64,000 bases of DNA from Eledone cirrhosa (GCA_964016885.1 OZ024742.1:323330001-323394000); one strand, 5' to 3'; positions 1 to 13,652 are shown, counted from the first letter of the stretch. Made by a program: numbers and translations. Notes: generated by a model not told the origin, from the sequence alone.

Positions 1-667
1 TTTATTGTTCCTATGAGGAAAATTTTTATTAAGTAGATCATGTGATGCAGTGAAATCTAATTCTACTCCTATCAGTCATATTTAATCTTACATATTTAGT
101 TATAGTTTGCTAGTCTCAGGTCATCCAATGCCTTGTGAGTGAAGTTTAGTTAACAAAAACTGTGTTTATGTTTGCTGTTTGTTTATCTTGTAATCCAGCA
201 GTTTGACAATAAAATATTGATTAAACATGTACCAGACTTTTAAAAAAATATACACTGGAACTGATAAATTACTTCAATGTGGTGCACCAGTATAGCCACA
301 GTCTTATGTCTGAAACTTGTAAAAGAAGTTGTTGCTACTGATGCTGAAAAATGTAAGAAAAATAAATATACAAAACAAATTATACTAAAAAAAATCTAAT
401 AAAACCATAACTTGTTTTGTTTCATTTTCCCTTTATTTTGAAAATTTTAATTTTGTTTGCATTGTTGTCAACAGTAGGGTTTTCTGTTATTCACAGAGGA
501 GATGACAAAGGAACATGGCAAGTGGAGAGATGCTGTGCTGAAAAGGACTCGTTCAGCCCATGCAAGCGTAAAAACAATGATGACTTATGATGATAAACAT
601 AAAGGGCCATAACTATGTGCCACAAAGCATGTTGTCTGACACACTACTGATAATACACTTACCCAAA

Positions 668-884
668 TAATGATTTCTACTATAAGCACAAGGCCAGCAA
701 TTTGGGGAAAGGGATAAGTTGATTAAATTGATCCCAGTGTATTACTGGTGCTTTATTTTATCGACCTTGAAAGGATGAAAGGCAAAACTAACCTCGGCGG
801 GATTTGAACTCAGAACGTAAAGGGTCATAACTCTATGCTGCTAAGCATGTCTGACGCTCTACAGATACTACCAATCCACTACCC
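668..884 (-). mobile_element. Older SINE subfamily; further older or partial copies at ~34119-34330 (+), 47779-47980 (-), 9735-9805, 33010-33070, 60362-60425, 63578-63670
   Basis: Same head and central domain with an extra ~30-bp segment before the tail; TSD tacccaaataat. Confidence 0.8.
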
Positions 885-1329
885 TTATTTACCCAAATAA
901 TAATAAAGCATTTATAAGGCAGCACAATAAATTCTCGAAACAATAACAAAAATTTTCATTGGTGCTCTAATCATCCATTTATTTTAAACATATAAATCTA
1001 ATTTAAAAGGCAGTTCACCAAAAGATGAGTTATAAGCCAAGATGTTGCAGTTTGTAGAGACAGACAGGAAGTTTGTTGCAAAGAGCTGGAACTTACAGAA
1101 ATAGCTTTTTATTCTAGAATTTGGTACTATGAGGACTCCATTACCACCTGATCTCAAACACTTGACTTTTTTACAAAGCACTTCACCGACTTATTTTTAA
1201 AATGGCAAGGCCATTTTTAGAATAATGTAGTTTAATATGGTCTAAAAAAAATGGGGATGGCTACAGATTGAACAAAAATGGTTGATCTGAAATTTTTAAA
1301 TTGAGATATTTTTAGTCTATTTTTCTATG

Positions 1330-1900
1330 CTGTTATGTGTTGGACAGGTCATTAGACCAAACCAACACTTAATTGTGGACTGTCTGCTAGGTCTTGAATA
1401 CATTCCATTTTGTTAAGATTTCTACTGCTAGATGTTCTTCCTAATGTCAACCATGTTACAGAGAGTACTGTACATTTTATCATGGTTCAAGTACATACCA
1501 CTGCATCTCCTCTTCTGCACATTGCATCTCTCAGTTCATTGACTCTTCACAATGTGTTTCAATCCTGTGTTATCTCCTTTAAGAGGTTTAATTGTGCAAG
1601 GTTAGCGTTTATAGGTCTTCCTCTTCCATCAACCTTGAGTGCCCTGCACTTTTTTATACAGCTGTCATCATACATGCACATCACGTTCCAACCACTGCAA
1701 TTTCCTCTCCTGCACACTGCATCTGACCCCTCTTATAACCAGTTTCTCTCAGTACATTGACACTTTGCCATTCATGCACACTACTATTACACATCCATCA
1801 GAGCATACAAACTTCATAGGTCCTCTGCAGCATTGCTGTTCATATACATCATACAATCTGCCTTTGATTTTGAGGGGGGAAATAGAAAACAGCTAGTCTC
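1330..1900 (-). mobile_element. Old degenerate RTE 3' fragment
   Basis: ctgcacttttttatacagctgtcatc..cacatcac..cctctcctgcacac matches the RTE 3' coding region at ~28010-28090. Confidence 0.6.
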
Positions 1901-2790
1901 TGGAGATAGCATTTGAACAATTCCACAGTTAGAAAATAGTTATAGTTTCACTTGAAATAAAAACAATAATCAGTTGTATTAAGTAACAAGGTGGTGAATT
2001 GGCAAAGTCGTTAGGGTGTTGGTTAGTATACTTTGTGGTATTCATTAAAACTCTGCACTCTGAGTACACATCCCACTGAAGCAAACTTTATCATTCAGCT
2101 TTTTAGGGGTAGATAAATAAAATACCAGTCAAATATTTCAAACCTACCACAAGCACTAACTGGAAATGAACTTATCATTTTATGTTTAATTTTGTTCATC
2201 ACTTTTTCATTGAATCATGCCTCAAAAGATTACTATTGGTGAATAAGACATATTCATATATCAGTGGTCATCATCATCATCATCATTTAACGTCTATCTT
2301 TCACTCTGAAAAGTTCACAAACTATTTCACTTAGAGCTATAAATAGTGAAAAGGTTTGCAGTTGGCAGCACATCATATAGTAAAAGCAGCTCTAGGTTGA
2401 AAAAGCATATTTTAGATGAAATAATACAAATTGATATTTTATAGTTTTATTTGAATTGACAGAAATCAGTAAAAGAATAAAATGCAGGAATATACGCAAC
2501 ACAATAGCTGTAACAAATTATTTTAATTTTATTTAAATTTAAAATGGATAAAAAAAAAATGATATATTCTAACTCATTTTACTTTTCTCAACAAGGTTTA
2601 TCCAAATGCAAGTACAAGAGTGCAACTATTTTTTAGTGTACACATCAATATATTTTCTCTCTAGAAAAATGATATATTTCCAAAATAATTGCCACATACT
2701 AGTGACAAATTAATAACAATTTGATAAAAAAAATATATAGAAATAGCATGCAAAAATATCCACACACATCTGGTCCAGTATACTACTGAC

Positions 2791-4617
2791 TTACATATTA
2801 TGTGCAACATTACTACTGTGTTCAACAGTTGTATCTTGGTTTACTGCTTTCTCTTTTCTGTGAATACGTTGGTGATGATACAAAGAACTCTTGAAACTAA
2901 ATGTTTTACCACACTCACTACAATGAAATGGTTTTTCTCCTGTGTGAGTACGTTTGTGGTTATTTAAAGTAAAACCCATAGAAAATGTTTTACCACAGAT
3001 ATCACAGTGGTGTGGTTTCTCTCCTGTGTGACTTCGTTTGTGGAAATATAAACCACAAGCAGCAGCAAATGATTTACTACATACACTACAGCGGTAAGGT
3101 TTTTCTCCTGTGTGAATACGTTTATGAGTAGACAAAGTGCTACTTTTAGTAAATTTTTTATTGCATATACCACAATGGTATGGTTTCTCTCCTGTGTGAG
3201 TACGTATGTGGTTTTTTAAAGTACAGCTCATAGAAAATGCTTTGCCACAGATATCACAGTGGTAAGGTTTCTCTCCTGTGTGAGTACGCATATGTGAACA
3301 TAAAGTACTAAAAGCCATAAATGACTTGCCACAGATATCACAGTGGTTTGATTTCTCCTCCATGTGTGTTCGTTTGTGGGTATATAAATTACTGCTGACA
3401 GAGAAAGATTTACCACAGATATCACAATGGTATGGTTTCTCTCCTGTGTGAATTCGTTTGTGGCAAGATAAATAATTACTTCTAGAAAATGTTTTATCAC
3501 ATATATCGCACTTGAATGGCTTTTCTCCTGTGTGAATACGTATATGGCGAATTAAACTAGTATTGTCTAATAAAGTTTTGCCACAGATATTACACTGGTA
3601 TGATGAGTTTCCACCTGTATGAGTACGTAGGTGTCTATTTAGATGGCAACCTAGAGAGAATGTTTTCCCACAGATATCACAGTGGAATGGTCTCTCCCCT
3701 GTATGTACACGTATGTGGTTAGCTAATCTACAACTCATAGAGAATGTTTTACCACAGATACCACAGTGGTATGGCCTCTCTCCTGTGTGAGTACGTTTGT
3801 GGTTACTTAAAATACCAGTGGTAGAGAATGATTTGCCACATATATCACAGTCATATGGTTTATCTCCTGTGTGTGTTCGTTTGTGTGAAGATAAACCATA
3901 TCTTAAAGAAAATCTTTTACCACAGATATCACATTGGAATGGTTTTTCGCCTGTGTGAATACGTATATGGCGAGTTAAATTAGCATTATCAGAGCATGAT
4001 TTACCACAGATATTGCACTGGTACCGCGAATTCTCCCCTGTATGGATACGCATGTGTCTATATAGATTGCTATCTCTAGAGAATGTTTTACCACAGATAT
4101 CACAGTGATATGGTCTCTCACCTGTGTGAATATGTTTGTGTCGAGATAAATCCCTATTATCAGCGAAACATTTACCACAGATATCACAGGGATATGGTCT
4201 ATCCCCTGTGTGGATACGTATGTGCCGAGATAAATCACTTTTTCCAGTAAAACTTTTACCACAGATATCACAATGGAATGGTTTGGCCCCTGTGTGGATA
4301 TATGTGTGTGTTCGTAAACTGCTTTCTCGCAAAAATGCTTTACTGCATATATCACATTGGTATGGCTTTTTTCCTGTGTGAATAAGTTGGTGGCGATGTA
4401 AAGAATGGTTTCTGGTAAAAGTTTTCCCACATTCTTTACATTGGAAAATCTTTGATCCAGTGTGAATTAATTTATCTTGCTTTAAATTATTTTTCGATGT
4501 GAAAATGTCACAAGAGAGGGATTTCTTCTCTGTCTCTTCCTGTGTCTTATGAGTAAAATCCATAGTTTCTAACTTTATTTCTCTATGAAGGTAATTCTCA
4601 TATGATACTTCTTCCAT
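2791..4617 (-). CDS. C2H2 zinc-finger protein, 608 aa, 19 tandem fingers, no recognisable effector domain (ZNF-A)
   Basis: Uninterrupted ORF with 19 CxxC-x12-HxxxH units and TGEKP-type linkers; candidate acceptor (tcttctattttcag, minus strand) at ~4999 and paralogous first exon at ~10676-10815. Confidence 0.93.
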   Translation of the reverse strand: MEEVSYENYLHREIKLETMDFTHKTQEETEKKSLSCDIFTSKNNLKQDKLIHTGSKIFQCKECGKTFTRNHSLHRHQLIHTGKKPYQCDICSKAFLRESSLRTHTYIHTGAKPFHCDICGKSFTGKSDLSRHIRIHTGDRPYPCDICGKCFADNRDLSRHKHIHTGERPYHCDICGKTFSRDSNLYRHMRIHTGENSRYQCNICGKSCSDNANLTRHIRIHTGEKPFQCDICGKRFSLRYGLSSHKRTHTGDKPYDCDICGKSFSTTGILSNHKRTHTGERPYHCGICGKTFSMSCRLANHIRVHTGERPFHCDICGKTFSLGCHLNRHLRTHTGGNSSYQCNICGKTLLDNTSLIRHIRIHTGEKPFKCDICDKTFSRSNYLSCHKRIHTGEKPYHCDICGKSFSVSSNLYTHKRTHMEEKSNHCDICGKSFMAFSTLCSHMRTHTGEKPYHCDICGKAFSMSCTLKNHIRTHTGEKPYHCGICNKKFTKSSTLSTHKRIHTGEKPYRCSVCSKSFAAACGLYFHKRSHTGEKPHHCDICGKTFSMGFTLNNHKRTHTGEKPFHCSECGKTFSFKSSLYHHQRIHRKEKAVNQDTTVEHSSNVAHNM

Positions 4618-5530
4618 TATGGTCTTTTTTAATAAAATAATACAAAAGTAGTTTTGTTTCTCTATTCTTTGTAAGTTTTTATAGGAATATGCTAAACTAA
4701 TTCCCTGATCCAGAAAATTCCAGATATGAAAGAGCCACCATACAATCTACTTGAAGAGATTTAGTCAACTTTCCAAATTTAAATTGTATACAAAAATCAT
4801 ACAGTTATGTGAATAGTCAACCCAAATGTTTTGACAGTAAATTGTAATTCAATGGAAATAGTTCACATTTTATCCAAGGAACCACAAACATTGTTATATG
4901 TGTGTTCCATACATAAGTTGTCTGTAGTCTTCAAAATATGATAAATTTCATGATCATTTTTGGTTAAAAAATGTTTCACCTTAATGTTGCCTAATACTCT
5001 GAAAATAGAAGATGGGATGTTATAAATGTCAACATAAAGGAGAGAGAGAGAGATAATATACAAATGCATAAAATGGGAGCCATATAGGACAAAGAAAATC
5101 TTAGGCAAACTATGTCTCTCTGAAAGACAGGATAGCCATAGCTATAATGTCTTTAAATAGCTTCATGTAGTCAGTTTCGAAGCAATATTTTACAGCTGGA
5201 TGCCATCACATTTATGGCACGCAAGGATACAGTGTACCTATTCTACAAAAGATATACATAGGTGGAAACAAGCATTCCTAGGTGTAAAGTATAATTGAGT
5301 GTGCACATCTTTTTCTTCTTTTTGGATCTTTTCTATTCTATTGATTTGTTTTATTAGTAAATTACATTATATTCATATAAACTAGTATATAGCCCAGAGG
5401 TTTACAAACAACCATATTTGTTTTTTTCACCTTACTGTATGTAATAAAGCTATATTTGTAGAATGTAGCATGGAAAATGGACGTTAAACGAAGATGATGA
5501 TGATAATGATGATACATTATATATATCTAT

Positions 5531-7312
5531 ATTAGCAGCCATCCAGCTTTCACCCCAGTTTGAACTGTGCTCAAATCTATTTATAAGGCACCTATTTGGC
5601 TTCTATTGTAATGCCCATTTTCTTTGAAATAAAAAATGTTAAAAACTATTTATATATTCCATAACATAATTTTAAAAATTTATTTAGAATATCTAAATAA
5701 AGATAATAATAGAAAAATGTATTCTACGGAAAATATATAACAAATTTACACAATGTTTTAAACTTTTTTCTTTGGAACATATATGAAGAATCTGTGGGGG
5801 CTTCCTACAGTGGAACAACCTACATACAATTGACCATGTGAGAAACAGCCCTCTTCTAGTTGGAAACTGACCACTTGCAGTGTTTGACCAAGGGACTTGT
5901 TAATGGTCATTCCGTAACTGACTCTTATTGGGAATTGCAAATGTTTGAAATGAAAAGGGATATCTGTTGGTATTAGCAGTATTCTAGGTATAAATACGAT
6001 GTCTCCCTTACCACATCCAATGAAGATTTTGGCTTCGATAATGTGAGGCTGCAGCTCAGTCACAACCATACATGTCCCATTGCACAATCATGTCTGATCC
6101 AGGTTCCTGAGAAGCATGCCAGATGGTTTCAGACTGATGAGAAATTCAACAGGATAATGAACACTTTCATCCTTGTAAACAACTTTGTCGATAGATTTGT
6201 AGGTCAGGTTACCTCCAGGGATCATTTGTGACAGATTTTTGTTGATGGTATTCACTGTGATGTTTTCGGGGACAAGGATTGCTCTTTCGCACAGCCACTT
6301 CATGTTGGAATGGTAGATTTCAAAATTGATTAATTAAGTTTACAACGCTTTCCATAACAGTAGAAAATTATGAAGGATCAAAACAACCTTCAGTAAACGG
6401 CTATCCTGTCTCTATTATTCCCACTGAAGAAAAGAAGACGATTGCGAGCATGTCGGAGGTCAGATTAGTTGAAAACAAATGGGGAAACCTAAGAAAAAAA
6501 ATTTCCCTCTCGATCTCCAGGGGGTGCTTGTCTACAAATTCAAACGGCTAAGAGATGCTTATCTGTAACTCCTAGAGTAACCCTCACTCCCCACCTCCGT
6601 TTTCGGAAAACAAACGAAAAAACCTAGAAAAGAAAAAAATGGGTCAATCCCTCGCTCCACTTTGTACTGCTGGTATATCAGCTGTTGGAAATTGGACACC
6701 TTGTCGGACATGGTTCATCTGAACCAGTGTTGTCGTATTTGCACACATACTTTATAAGTTCCCCACTTCGCTCACCATTCCGCCTTTTGGGGGGGGGGGG
6801 GGGGGGCGAGCATGTCGGAGGTCAGATTAGTTGAAAATACACGAAAAGAAAAAAAACAGTAGGAAAAAAATTTTCTTTACAATCTTCAGTGGGTGCTTTT
6901 CTATAAATTTAAACTGCTGAAAAGTGCTTATCTGTAACTCCAAGGGTAGCTAGCGCCCACCTCTGTTTTCGGAAAAAGGAGTCGTTGGCGAGTGCATCAG
7001 ATCGGTTGACAACAAACGAAAACACCTAGAAAAGTTTTAGTTAGTTAAAGAGAGAGGGAGATGGAGTGAGAGGCGGAGTAGTATTTCCCTCTCTATATAT
7101 TGCTAGCTCGGCGGATGAACAGACAGAAGCTGTGTGCTGGAAAGAACAGTAAATTCTCCAACTCATCCTACTCCATTCCGTTTTCGGAAAATAAGTCGAG
7201 GGCGAGTGTATTGGAGGTTAGATTAGTTAAAAACACGAAAACCTTAATTATTATTTATTTTATTTAGTGTTATTGGTGTCCACGTACCAACAAACTTCCT
7301 TTATATAATAGA
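5531..7312 (-). mobile_element. Non-autonomous Helitron carrying a PIF1 helicase C-terminal fragment (5758-6303) and internal subrepeats
   Basis: Motifs QFPIRVSYGMTINKSLGQTL and CFSHGQLYVGCS; minus-strand 5' end TCTATTATATAAAG at 7312; degenerate hairpin/CTAR 3' end near 5531; subrepeat gcgagcatgtcggaggtcagattagttgaaaa at ~6445, 6807, 7202. Confidence 0.75.
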
Positions 7313-7374
7313 AAGTATTTTAGAAATTTGCCTCCACCCTCCGAAAGGCATACAAAAAGACTAATTATTATATG

Positions 7375-7465
7375 GCATTTGTGTATTATTCTATGTACTA
7401 TATTGACGAGTTGTAGTGCACCTGAGCACTTTACACAATAATTTCATTATTATTATTATTATTAT
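7375..7465 (+). mobile_element. CR1 3'-end fragment with (ATT)n tail
   Basis: Reverse complement of 37545-37632 (ttgacgagttgtagtgcacctgagcactttacacaataatttcattattat). Confidence 0.75.
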
Positions 7466-7587
7466 AAACTAGGGTGTTACCCATCATATGACAGGCAATT
7501 TTGGGAATATAGTTTTGTCAGTGGTTAAATCCAGTGTGACATACATAATTATAATTTAACGTTTTTCAAATTTCATGTTTAAACAAA

Positions 7588-8095
7588 ATAATTGTTTCTA
7601 CTTTTGGCACAAGGCCAGCAATTATCCAGTGTATTACTGGTACTTTATTTTATCGACCCCTTAAGGATGAAAGGCAAAGTTAACCTCGGCAGGTTTTGAA
7701 CTCAGTCCGTAAAGGGACGTAACTGTGCTGCAAAGCATGGCGTCCGACCCTCTACTTAAACAAAATAATTGTTTCTACTTTAGGCACAAGGCCAGCAATT
7801 ATCCAGTGCATTACTGGTACTTTATTTTATCGACCCCGTAAGGATGAAAGGCAAAGTCAACCGCGGCGGGATTTGAACTCAGATCGTAAAGGGACGTAAC
7901 TATGTGATAATTGTTTCTACTTTAGGCACAAGGCCAGCAATTACCCAGTGCATTACTGGTACTTTATTTCATCGACCCCGTAAGGATGAAAGGCAAAGTT
8001 AACCTTGGCGGGATTTGAACTCAGATCATAAAGGGACGTAACTCTATGCTTCAAAGCATGGTGTCCGACTCTCTACCGATACTGCCAATCCACCG
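7588..8095 (-). mobile_element. Three stacked family-1 SINEs
   Basis: Tail aattgtttctactttt/aggcacaaggccagc at ~7589, 7767 and 7909; ttaaacaaaataatt duplicated around the first copy. Confidence 0.9.
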
Positions 8096-8899
8096 GTTGA
8101 TTGATTAGAGAAAGCAAAGAAATGTGGTGTTATTTTTTTGCTACTTTCTTGTTACAATTATTTGAAATGTCGTCTGCTTCTTTTTCGCTCATATTTCCTC
8201 CAGCTTAAACCTCGCCCTACTTGTAATTCTTTCAGTCACGCCTCTCTCTTTCTCTCTATCTCTATACACACACACATATATATATATATAATTATCTGTT
8301 ACTCTCTCTCTCTCCTCTCTATATTTTATTAGAGATGCTTCAATAGACAACAATTGCATGTATGTGTGTGTGTACTCGCGCGCATTTACGAGTGTGCAAA
8401 ATAAATAAAGACTAATTTCACCCTCTTCCCCCAGGAACTTTCCCATTTTTTGTTTCTATTTCTAGTATGTCGAGAATATCTGTAGTTCGAGGGAGAAAGA
8501 AAATGATAACAAAAATAAAAAGTTGATTTTTGGCAGAATCATAATTTCATGTCCGATATTTCCTACGAACTAATAAAGGAACATCTACGTGGGCTCTCTA
8601 CATACTAAAAATAGTAGCCAATTGCGAAAAATTTCCTGTCGAGGGTGTTGATATATATATATATTTATTAGTTAAGCAAAACAAGACCACAAATTTCACA
8701 AGGAAGACATTATTAAAAGATTGTCAGCATATTTTAATTTGATGTAAGGAATGTATATATATATATAATTCAGGGAAGAAAAAAATAATGCTTTCTAAGC
8801 AATATATGTGAATATATGAATATATGGGGAGGGGATATAATCGACCCCAGAAGGGTGAATAACGTTACTCGATAGAGAGCGTGGCTCGGAGATCAGTGC

Positions 8900-9185
8900 T
8901 GCTACTTCTCCGAACTGAGAGATCGCGGCTCTGATACTATGGACATATGGTTAGAATGTCTCAGGAAAGAATCGTTGGACAGATTTTATAGGCAAAACCA
9001 ACTGGCATGAGGCCCTGAGGTAGACCCCCAAACATGATGATTGGATAACATCCACAAGCTCGGCTGGTTTCACTTGGGGGCCCAACCGAATCAACTGGAG
9101 ACAGCTGCTTCTGACAAAACACGCTGGAAAGCATGCTTGCTCCCACGGCCTTCCCAGGAATAATTGAGCGAAGAAGGGTTTGGTT
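8900..9185 (+). mobile_element. 3' fragment of a different RTE-like LINE
   Basis: Manual translation YYGHMVRMSQERIVGQIL*AKPTGMRP*GRP, typical of RTE C-termini. Confidence 0.55.
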
Positions 9186-10669
9186 TGTATTCAGAACGCA
9201 AATGCTGTAACTAACTAGCAAATATAAAACGTTATAACCATTTCTCTTATGTTCCCCCATGTTGTCAAATATGACTTAGAAATAACACATCGTGTATTGT
9301 ATATAAGAGATTGTGTTAATAACTTTCCAAAAATAAATGCTTTTTATTTTACTATATAAAGCTAAACAAACCTTGGAAATCATTTCTCTATTGTAAAGTT
9401 AAGTTTACTTTTGTGTGTGAACATCATGTGTCTTTCCAACATATAAGAAAAAACTTATCCCATACTTCTAATATTTGACGAGTTTTATTGGGGGTGAGGG
9501 GTTCTCTTATGTTTTGGCTATTTAAAATCTACATTAGTAAAAATATTATACTCATACATTGAAAAAAATATTTCAAAATATTCTTCGACTAAAGTGTTGA
9601 GTTCTAAAACGTTTAACACTTCTGGTGTACAAAATACATTTAAACAATGCAAACGTGTTCATTTACAGCAGGGCGTCTGAAAGTGGTCAATGTATGAGTA
9701 AATAAAAGCTTTAGTGACAACATGGAGTGACTACCGGGTCGATAAAATAAAGTACCAGTAATGAACTGTGTTTATGCTGGCCTTGTGCCAAAAGTAGAAA
9801 CAATTAATCTCTTTAAAACTATAAATCCCATGCTGGATCATGTAGAGCAGAATGCCTGATAATTTATTAATTCTTTTCTGATGTATGTAGTATTAAACAT
9901 TGATAAATTAGTTGTTTTGTAATTTTATATTCAATTAATTTGTTTGGATGGTAATTAGAAATTAAATTTTGTCGCAAAGGGTCTATAAAGTTTGAGAAAT
10001 CCCGATTTAATGGAACACGGAAATAAATATTACTAGGGACATGGTAGCTGAGAGCATTAGGTTACACAGTAATACATCTAGGATCAGGCCATGATAGAGC
10101 AGGAAAAAAGACATCTTTTATCAGACTTAAATGATCCATTCGTGAACGTTAGTTGATTTATTTGTATAATGAATGTTTTATTATGAAAAATACATATTAT
10201 CAAAGAAAATGAAGTACGAAAACAAAATGGTTAAAATTAAGTGAATTAATGTCGAATAATTTATTCAATGGCAAACATTTACGAAGATTACCAGAAGTTG
10301 TTTATCTTAAAATGAAGGATTGTCATATTATTGACCATAATCATCAACAGCCAGTTCTTGTATATTTCTCACCCTTCTCCCATCAATTGCGAAACTAAAT
10401 ATCTAGATTATTCGATATAAATAACGAAAATATAAACAATTGTTTCAAAAATTCTAAAGAATTACTTTTAGAACAATTTTCTCATCTATTAAACGAAAAT
10501 CACTACGTATAATTTTCAAAATAATTTAGAATTTAGTATTATAACTAACTTTCTCATTAAGTTGTTGAGCGGAACATAACTTAATAAAGGTTCTTACATA
10601 AAATTATCTATGATAAACAGCTATGTATTGCAGATCTTGGGGCGGTTTTGTGTTAAAAGAGTTAATGAT

Positions 10670-10960
10670 ACTTACATAACAATGTCGCCTCAATATGAAA
10701 TATGTCTGATGTCCTAATACGGTCAGAGTCGAAGACTACGTGGACAAAAATTAGCCAGAATCACAGCTTAAGGCTCTTGAACACATTCCCCAACAACAAC
10801 AAAATCCTCAATGAAAAACATCAATGTCGGTTGTGCTGCTAATCATTGCAGAACTCCTCTCGCTATCAGAAAACTGCTATATAAGACGTACAATGTGTTA
10901 GACAGGAAATGGTGGTGGTGAAAGGAAAAATGTTTCATAAATTTTGAAGGGAAGTAACTA
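10670..10960 (-). promoter_or_regulatory. Putative promoter motif, non-coding first exon and splice donor of ZNF-A
   Basis: Reverse complement aligns with 40120-40262 (aggattttgttgt..ttcaagagccttaag..ggcgayattgttat-RTAAGT); donor GTAAGT at 10675-10670; motif AGTTACTTCCC at ~10949-10959. Confidence 0.6.
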
Positions 10961-11363
10961 TCCTTTCCTCTATTTGCTTTATAAATCCCTCCTCTATTGA
11001 ATCGCCTACGTCAATTTACAGAGTGTACTGGGTGGCATCAGCACTAGAGCGGTGTACTGAGTGGCACCAGCACTAGAGAGGTCATCAAGTCCGCAACATG
11101 AATAATTAGCCTCCTCTACTTTACATTGTCTCCTTTTTCTCTCTTTCCCTGTTTATTTAATTTTAAAAACTCCATATTGTATACATCTGTTTATTAATAG
11201 GGGTATATATATACTGAAAACATGTACGATATGTTTATATTAATAAACATTTCACGTTCAATGGCCTATTAATTTACAGAGCATACTAGGTGCATTTTAT
11301 CATGGCATCAGCACAAGAGAAGTTGTCATGACTGCAACAAGATTAAAATGTTCTTTCTATCTG

Positions 11364-11417
<54 letters not shown>

Positions 11418-12149
11418 CATACATACATACATACAAAGATCGCTATACAGAAGTATTGCGTTTTTTAAAATCTTGTCGCAACATGGAATTCATTATTGTT
11501 TAAATTATATTAGATTAAATTCCTACGGGAATTTAAACAATTTGCTTCTTTACAGCATAAGGCACATTGTCTAATCTAAATTAATATAAAGCCGGGGAAG
11601 GGGAAAGTAAGGAGGGCACTTAGTACAGACAATAAATAGCGGTCAGGTTAAGTCAATTGGTAAGAGGGGGTAGTGAAGGAGGGTGGATGATGAAGGCCAC
11701 TCAAAGACTGTTATGAGTCACTCAGGATAAGTTTCACAGATATACTGAGACAGGGTTAATTTATAAATAAGTGGATAGTGAGTGATTGACGAAAAAAAAT
11801 ATAGAGAAAAGATAATATACAATTTGATATTTAATAGTTTTATTTAAGCAATTACATCGAATTATTTTAGCCATACAAAAACTGCTAACTTCGCTTAACA
11901 TTTATCATTTATTTCTTGGTATCAACATCGTTGCACTGTTTAAGACCTGGTCGTCTGCAATAAAGTTTCAAATCAGTTGCAGTGAAACTGTCAGTAGCCA
12001 GGTCGCAAGAAGTAAGACGAAAAGTTTGATACACTGAAATAAATACTAAGTGAAGTTAACAGTTATTTTAATTTATTTTTTTTAACGACTAAAACGTCTT
12101 TCACGTTGCAACTGCTTTAATTTCAACATAGGGTTTCAGATAAGTACTT

Positions 12150-12345
12150 GCCAGTCAGCCTGTGACTTTAGAGACGTTTGGGGGGAGTCGAGCCGCTGAC
12201 TGCGAGGTTTCTCTCTTCACTGGCAGCTCGCCTAATAGAGGTAACTGGCGAATCTCGCGAAGGCGCATGGTTGTTCCAGCGCATTGGCCTCGCCATCGCT
12301 CGAGGCAACGCTGCGAGTGTGCTGGCTTGCCTCAAAAATCATTAG
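12150..12345 (+). mobile_element. Second, divergent CRE-type endonuclease C-terminal fragment
   Basis: PVTLETFG, then after a frameshift RFLSSLAARLIEVTGESREGAWLFQRIGLAIARGNAASVL. Confidence 0.75.
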
Positions 12346-13652
12346 AGAGGTTGCCCAGTACTCCTCGCGACGCTGCTGCTGTCTTTTGCTCTGGTGTTGG
12401 CTCGGTTGTTCACCCTTTCCTTTACATTTTCTTTAATAGTACAACTCGGAACTATAATGTAATTGTTATGATTATTTTAACCTGTGTAGTTGTGTGCATC
12501 CACTTTAGAACAAGCACACCGTCTCCTTGTGTGTAGTATAAGGCGCTAATAGTGTCAGCGCCAGGAAGGATTCCGATCGTAAAATATTGTCTCAAAAATG
12601 ATCCCTTGGTGAGTATAAAGCCTATCATGGGGCCGCCGACGAGCCTAAACCCTACATTAGTAGGGAAATAGATTTTTAACGAAGGGTATTAATAAGAAAT
12701 AGTTAAATGGATTAACATGGTTATTAGATGAAATAACAATAATAAATGATTTTAGTTTATATATAATGGTTTACTTCAATCAAAAAATACAATAAAACAG
12801 TTACCAAGAGTTGAGAAGGTTGACAATGTTATTTTGTTGTTGATGTGAAAACAGCAAACGACCAGATAAAATGTGTTGGTGGTTAAAGTTTGTTGCAGTC
12901 AGTCATAGTAGTTCTCGTCCCGAGTCTATTTACTCTGTATTTCTATAGACCTCTAGGGTCTGAAGGTAGCGGGGAATCTTTCACATGGCTTGTCTGTATC
13001 GTAGTGCTCCGATGTCTCTGTCTAAACGTGGGATGATACAGGCTTTATATACCTGTCGCTTTCTGTATCCCACCTTGGCGGGATAGCCCACGCATGAACC
13101 TGTTCACACCAAAAGAGTGGTGACCTAGAGTTTGACCTTTAAGTGTTACCCAATGTTAAAAGCGTGGACAGATTTCGCTACAGATTTATAACGGAATACT
13201 CCTATGTTTTACCGGCGAAGATTTGAAACCGAATCTGAGGATTCTCGCCTCTGGGACTATCTATCGTTGGAGGTTCCCACCATTGTCTTGTCAAAGACAA
13301 CGATGATAAACGTACATTCCACTTGACCTCTGATCCCAGCTTCCTGGGAGACAATGACCACATGGCTGATCATAAATCAAGCTCATATATACATCCTTCT
13401 AACTATAAGGTTATTATAAATACAACGACTTAGAAAACCCAAAGGACAGACCTGAAGCAGCAGTCAGCAAGTGATAACGATGTAGGCATCAGTAGACCTT
13501 TCACTCTATCTCTGTCTTGGCTCTTACTGGCTTCCACCTTATCAGTCACAGACACAGCCAGGCAGCCAGACATAAAGCAGCATCCTTGAGAAGAAAAATA
13601 TATTCTAAGAATAGGCACACACACACACATAGTAAGTTCGTATTGTTTACAT

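Noticed and set aside
2964-4430. Alternative-frame and antisense ORFs over the ZNF genes, and likewise over the LINEs
   Set aside because: By-products of repetitive finger or LINE codon structure
12720-13405. Possible solo LTR on the minus strand (TATA-like tatataaagcc, ends resembling ttaga..tctaac)
   Set aside because: No intact TG..CA termini, TSD, PBS or second copy in the window
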